A DNA stretch of 64,000 nt from Candidatus Woesearchaeota archaeon. Its GTDB lineage: Archaea > Nanobdellota > Nanobdellia > Pacearchaeales > GW2011-AR1. This document shows positions 59,615 through 64,000 of the stretch, piece by piece. The translations under genes were made by a program, and so were the position numbers. The DNA lies in NCBI GenBank assembly GCA_964385425.1, contig CAYLOQ010000001.1:86602-150601 (forward strand). Reading direction: 5' to 3'. Under the pieces are notes generated by a model. That model saw only the letters and a program-made list of their open reading frames with translations. It had not been told where the DNA came from and ran no database searches. Numbering within the stretch: the first letter of the stretch is position 1; each line of letters starts with the position of its first letter.

Positions 59615-60055
59615 ATGGGTTCACAAACTTTAGAAGAAAAAGCTGTTAAAGTTCGCATTGGAAAAGTCATGAAAGATATAGTTGAAGTTAAAGGTTCTGT
59701 AATATGGGTTGAAGGATTTAATGAACCCTTTGAAATAATGCTCAAGCCAGGAACTATGATAGTTGATGACCACCTCCCTCGTGTAACAGGATATCAAAAA
59801 AAATTACACATAGCCTTAGATTCTGAAACCTCAACATATGGAATAGGATTATTAAAATTTATGGGAACAAGTCCTGTAAGAAGAGGGGATAATATAACGG
59901 CTGGCCTTATATTAGGAGAAAATGTAGAGAAGTCTGGTGAAGGGGAAGCTCTTTATGTAAGTATGTGGGGAGATGATGAATTTCTTATAAGAAGAGATTA
60001 TATGGATGGTTATGATCCCTTACATAATGAAGCTAAAAGATTAGGATTAACTTAA
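59615..60055 (+). CDS. Hypothetical protein
   Basis: 146-aa ORF after topA. Confidence 0.55.
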   Translation: MGSQTLEEKAVKVRIGKVMKDIVEVKGSVIWVEGFNEPFEIMLKPGTMIVDDHLPRVTGYQKKLHIALDSETSTYGIGLLKFMGTSPVRRGDNITAGLILGENVEKSGEGEALYVSMWGDDEFLIRRDYMDGYDPLHNEAKRLGLT

Positions 60056-60086
60056 AACCACTTGCCCAAAGTCATCTGGGTTTTTA
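60051..60086. repeat. 36-nt direct repeat, copy 1
   Basis: 32/36 identical to 60593-60628; minus strand reads KTQMTLGKWF*. Confidence 0.85.
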
Positions 60087-60130
60087 AAAACAACCAAAAA
60101 GTAATTAAATCAATATTTTCTTTAAAGAAA

Positions 60131-60304
60131 ATGGAAAAACAAATTATAAATATAACTAAAGAAGAACTGGATGATTTCATGAGACAAATAGATGGGATAA
60201 AGTCCACAATAGAAATATTGCAAAATAGAGAATTAATGAGCCAAATTAAAGAAAGCGAAGAACTTGAAAGAAAGAGAATAAATCCTCTTAAAATTAATAT
60301 TTAA
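60131..60304 (+). CDS. Putative antitoxin (Phd/YefM C-terminus-like)
   Basis: 57 aa, STIEILQNRELMSQIKES; adjacent to the toxin. Confidence 0.55.
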   Translation: MEKQIINITKEELDDFMRQIDGIKSTIEILQNRELMSQIKESEELERKRINPLKINI

Positions 60305-60558
60305 TAAATTTTGTGAGAACCAACTGCTTCCGCAATAATCAATTTTCTAAAATCATCAATTTTATAAACCATTCTCATATTTGAGCCAAGCCAGCATGCC
60401 CATTTTCCCGATAACCTCCCATGTAAAGGATGTGCACCACATTCTCTTCGTGGATTTTGTTTTAACCTATTAAGTCTCTCTTTAATCCCTGGTCTCAAGG
60501 CAATATAGTCTCCAAGTTTTTGCTTGATTTTTTGGTTGCGTGTTACTATTTCATACAT
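60301..60558 (-). CDS. RelE/ParE-superfamily toxin
   Basis: MYEIV...LKQNP...HPLHGRLSGKW...RMVYKID...VGSH.IY. Confidence 0.85.
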   Translation of the reverse strand: MYEIVTRNQKIKQKLGDYIALRPGIKERLNRLKQNPRRECGAHPLHGRLSGKWACWLGSNMRMVYKIDDFRKLIIAEAVGSHKIY

Positions 60559-60593
60559 AAATCATAGATGAATCACTTATTTTTAAATAATTC

Positions 60594-60767
60594 TTAAAAC
60601 CACGTTCCCAAAGTAGTCTGGGTTTTTATTTGTTCAAGCAACTTGCTCTTTTTAAAAATTTTACTCGGATCGTATCCAAACTTTATCATTCCTATTTTTC
60701 TGGCACTTTCTGTGATTTCTTTCATATCATCAAATTCAAGTTTTTTATTGTTTAACGCTTTTCTATT
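60594..60767 (-). pseudogene. Orphan 3' fragment of a PIP-box-ending gene (Nre-like C-terminus); contains repeat copy 2 (60593-60628)
   Basis: NRKALNNKKLEFDDMKEITESARKIGMIKFGYDPSKIFKKSKLLEQIKTQTTLGTWF*, closed upstream by TAG at 60768-60770. Confidence 0.55.
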
Positions 60768-60802
60768 CTAAGATAAAAATTTTAACTGATGGATAAATTA
60801 AG

Positions 60803-62851
60803 TTATAATAATCCTTGTTTTTTTAATCTGGATCTAATGGCATTTGGTTGTCGTTTTAAGATTTGGGCAATCTCATCAATAGAAGTATTTTCAGAATACA
60901 AATTTTTTAATTTATTATCCTCTTCTTCTTTCCAAGGTTCATAAGCATTTGGAAATTCTTCTTTAATTTGTTCCAACCTCTTATGGTAATTTGTTTTTAT
61001 ATAATTCTCAACAACATTCTTTTTAGACTTTATAATCACCCTTACTAACCTAATTTCTTCATAAGAATATTCTCCATTAAAATAATTATAAACTGGAGCA
61101 AGTCGTTCAATACCAAATTTTTCAAAGGCAGATTGTATACTCTTAAATTTTTCTCTCAATGGAAGTAAGTAATTAATATCCATTTTTTCTCCACCATCTA
61201 TGATTTTTTCAATATGGGTAATTATAGTCCTTTCTTTTAACCCCTGTGTTTCTACGATTTTTTCTATTGAGATTTTTTCTGAAATCATCTCTTTTGTTTT
61301 TTGATAATTTTTTGATAAATATCTTACTCTCTTTTTATGATTACTCCCAAGAATTTTTTCAGGAACAATATTATTTTCTCTTACATAATCATTTATTACT
61401 TCTAAAAATGATTCTCCAAAATCATTTAATTTTTGCTGTCCAACTCCGTTAATTTTTAAAAACTCATTGTCACCTTTTGGAAAGTAGAAAGACATTTCTC
61501 TCAGAGAAACATCTCCAAATATAATAAAAGGAGGAAAATTTCTCTCATTAGCAATTTGTTTTCTTAGGGCTCGTAGTTTTTCAAATAAAATCCTGTCATA
61601 AGACATATCTTCTTTTACTTTTTCAAAGATTAAGCTTTTATCTGTAACAGCTCCTTTTATTTCAGAAAGATTTAAACAAATATCACATCCACCACAATTA
61701 TTTTTCAAAAATGATTCCCCAAAATATCCAAGTATATCTTTCCTTCTGCAAGAGGTATTTTCGCAGTAGATCATCATTTTATTTAATTTATCTAAGGTAG
61801 TATTCCGAATAATTTCGTCTTGAATTTGATCAGTAAAAAATTCATGTTTTCTTTTATCCCCTTTTGAATAAAATAAAACGCAATCACTTGAAAGCCCGTC
61901 ACGTCCTGCCCTTCCTATTTCTTGATAATATCCTTCAATTGATTTTGGGAATGTATGATGAATAATTAATCGTATGTCTGGTTTATCTATACCCATGCCA
62001 AAAGCAATTGTGGCCACCATGATGTTCACTTTATCTTTAATAAACAATTCCTGATTTTGTTTCCTTATTTTATTAGAAAGACCAGCATGATATGGGAGAG
62101 CTTCAAATCCATTTTCTTTTAACCGCTGAGCAATTTTTTCTGTATCTTTACGCGAAAAACAATAAATAATTATGGATTCATTTTTATGTTTTTTAATTAG
62201 ACTTAAAATTTTATTAAAAGTATTCTTTTTTTGCATGACAATCAAATTAAGATTTTCTCTATTAAAACTTGAAATAAAAATTCGTGGATTTGTTAAAGAT
62301 AATTGTTTTAAAATGTCATCTTTTACTTTTAATGTAGCTGTTGCAGTTAAAGCAATTATAGGAACATTGGGAAAAATAGTTTTTAAAAACTTTAAATTTC
62401 TATATTCTTGACGAAAATCATGCCCCCATTCAGAAATACAGTGAGCTTCATCTATAGCGATTAAACTTATTTGGATTGTTGTTAAAAATATTTTAAAATC
62501 ATCCAATGCTAATCTTTCTGGAGCAACATAAAGAATTTTTACATCTTTTCTTTGGATTTTTTTCTTTACATTTTCAATCTCTTCAAATAAGAGAGAAGAA
62601 TTAATGTATTCTGCATCAATTCCATTTGCCTTTAGATTATCGACCTGATCTTTCATTAAAGAGATAAGGGGAGAAATTACAATGGTAAGACCTTCAAATT
62701 TAAGAGCAGGAATTTGATAACAAAGGGATTTTCCTCCTCCGGTTGGCATAAGAACAAGTGAATCTCTTTTCTGAAGAACATTTTTAATAATATCTAGTTG
62801 CATTGGTCTAAATTCATCATAACCAAAATATTTTTTTAGTAATAATTCCAT
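60803..62851 (-). CDS. recQ: RecQ-family DNA helicase (bacterial type) with HRDC, HTH and Myb-like tail
   Basis: FGYDEFR, MPTGGGKS, DEAHCISEWGHDFR, ATIAFGMGIDK, QEIGRAGRDG, CRR...CGGCDIC, HRDC. Confidence 0.95.
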   Translation of the reverse strand: MELLLKKYFGYDEFRPMQLDIIKNVLQKRDSLVLMPTGGGKSLCYQIPALKFEGLTIVISPLISLMKDQVDNLKANGIDAEYINSSLLFEEIENVKKKIQRKDVKILYVAPERLALDDFKIFLTTIQISLIAIDEAHCISEWGHDFRQEYRNLKFLKTIFPNVPIIALTATATLKVKDDILKQLSLTNPRIFISSFNRENLNLIVMQKKNTFNKILSLIKKHKNESIIIYCFSRKDTEKIAQRLKENGFEALPYHAGLSNKIRKQNQELFIKDKVNIMVATIAFGMGIDKPDIRLIIHHTFPKSIEGYYQEIGRAGRDGLSSDCVLFYSKGDKRKHEFFTDQIQDEIIRNTTLDKLNKMMIYCENTSCRRKDILGYFGESFLKNNCGGCDICLNLSEIKGAVTDKSLIFEKVKEDMSYDRILFEKLRALRKQIANERNFPPFIIFGDVSLREMSFYFPKGDNEFLKINGVGQQKLNDFGESFLEVINDYVRENNIVPEKILGSNHKKRVRYLSKNYQKTKEMISEKISIEKIVETQGLKERTIITHIEKIIDGGEKMDINYLLPLREKFKSIQSAFEKFGIERLAPVYNYFNGEYSYEEIRLVRVIIKSKKNVVENYIKTNYHKRLEQIKEEFPNAYEPWKEEEDNKLKNLYSENTSIDEIAQILKRQPNAIRSRLKKQGLL

Positions 62852-63081
62852 TTTTGCTAATTATTTTTTACGTGTTCGTTTTTAATATTTAATTATTTTA
62901 TTCCCATTCACTATTATAAAGAAATGGGTAGTGGGGGATTATAAATATTTTTATTTCAAGAGTGTCCCTTCAACTAAATCTTCTCCATCTAAAAATTCCA
63001 TTTTTTCTTAATTAATTTTCTAATACTTTCTCTAACGACCTAATACACAAACTATATAAAGATTAAAATCCTATTTTAAGT

Positions 63082-64000
63082 ATGAAAAATTACAAGGAAA
63101 TTCACATTTGGGAATTTAATCCAACACTGACTTTTATCGGTTTAAAAGAGGATTTCAGAAAAGTTCTTTTTAGCGAATTAAGAAACACCCATAATTCCGT
63201 AAAAGATTTGTTAAAAAACTTAAATAAATCAGCCAAAAAATATAAAATAAAAAGAAATTATAAAACAGGACATTTAAGTTCTTGGATAAAAAGTTATAAA
63301 AAAGACCGAGGTAAAATCAAAAATATAAACATTCCATTATGGCTACTAATAGAAATTTCAAAAATTCTTTCTGAAAGCAGGAAGAAGGATAATAAAATAA
63401 TGAAAGAAATAGAGGAAAATATAGAATATTATACTGGCACAGGGAGATCTCATCCAATAAAAAATCCTAAACTACCGTTATATTTAACTCCTGAAATGGT
63501 TTCTGTAATATTTCATTTCGTGGGGGACGGACATATTGGAAGGAAAAAGGTTGTTTCATCATATAGGCAAATGAATAAAATAGGGCTAAATAATTTTCTT
63601 AAAAAACTAAAAAATATATTTGGGGATTTTAATTATCCCAAACAAGAATTCAATAATGGAAGATTAAATATCCCAAAGACAATAACTGAATTTTATTTGC
63701 ATTATTTCAAATTACCAAGCACAAGAACATTTGATTCGTATATTCCTAATCATATAAAATCTTACAAAAAACAATTTCTCCTCTCAGGTTTAATTTCTTT
63801 TATAGTAGACGAAGGCCACGTGGGTGAAGTTATAACCATTTATAGTAAAAATAAAAGATTAATAAAAGATATAAGAGAAATTTCTATTAAATGCGGGTAC
63901 TTGTCCCACCCTATAAGAGAAAAATATGCTTATGGAAAGTTTGATGTTTATAGATTCAGTATTTCATCAAAAAACTATAATCAATTCCATGATGATATAA
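63082..64000 (+). CDS. Double-motif LAGLIDADG endonuclease-like protein (runs off the right edge)
   Basis: Hand translation open from ATG 63082 to the end; motifs VIFHFVGDG and LISFIVDEG about 95 aa apart, followed by IYSKNKRLI. Confidence 0.8.
   Translation, partial: MKNYKEIHIWEFNPTLTFIGLKEDFRKVLFSELRNTHNSVKDLLKNLNKSAKKYKIKRNYKTGHLSSWIKSYKKDRGKIKNINIPLWLLIEISKILSESRKKDNKIMKEIEENIEYYTGTGRSHPIKNPKLPLYLTPEMVSVIFHFVGDGHIGRKKVVSSYRQMNKIGLNNFLKKLKNIFGDFNYPKQEFNNGRLNIPKTITEFYLHYFKLPSTRTFDSYIPNHIKSYKKQFLLSGLISFIVDEGHVGEVITIYSKNKRLIKDIREISIKCGYLSHPIREKYAYGKFDVYRFSISSKNYNQFHDDI

Noticed and set aside
60062..60130. TTG-start extension of the antitoxin-like ORF
   Set aside because: Runs through the direct repeat; ATG at 60131 is more plausible.
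445..62411. Numerous short ORFs antisense to or nested in housekeeping genes
   Set aside because: Phe/Ser/Leu-rich shadows of purine-rich coding strands, without motifs.
1..64000. Additional remote VRs, CRISPR arrays, rRNA genes, transposases or integrases
   Set aside because: None seen by eye in the sequence or ORF translations; a computational scan could find weak cases.

Overview
AT-rich archaeal chromosome segment. The gene set and BHB-type tRNA introns suggest a DPANN archaeon, probably Pacearchaeota-like (inference, no phylogeny run). The backbone is housekeeping: thrS, trpS, ppsA, pyrG, pyrH, pheS/pheT, nth, rfcS/rfcL, fen, polB, map, cdc48, tfs, topA, an eL41/eS32-type micro r-protein and four tRNAs (two with introns). 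The standout is a diversity-generating retroelement (DGR) right after pheT. It comprises an RT (21781-23196, +), an 85-nt template repeat (23216-23300, -) and a matching variable repeat (23705-23789, -) inside a 310-aa target gene. All 9 TR/VR mismatches are at template adenines and all are A->G. The element is atypical: the RT converges on TR/target, no Avd gene is recognisable, the RT carries a C-terminal HTH domain that aligns by eye with the tail of the RecQ in this window, and the VR is internal with its hairpin in coding sequence. Several small cargo islets are bounded by duplicated 3' ends of tRNAs or of a PIP-box-ending gene, with no integrase present. Other oddities include a PolB with altered motifs A/B, a receptor-like pseudo-cyclase, two single-base frameshifts and a truncated LAGLIDADG ORF at the right edge. 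All alignments and family calls were done by eye.
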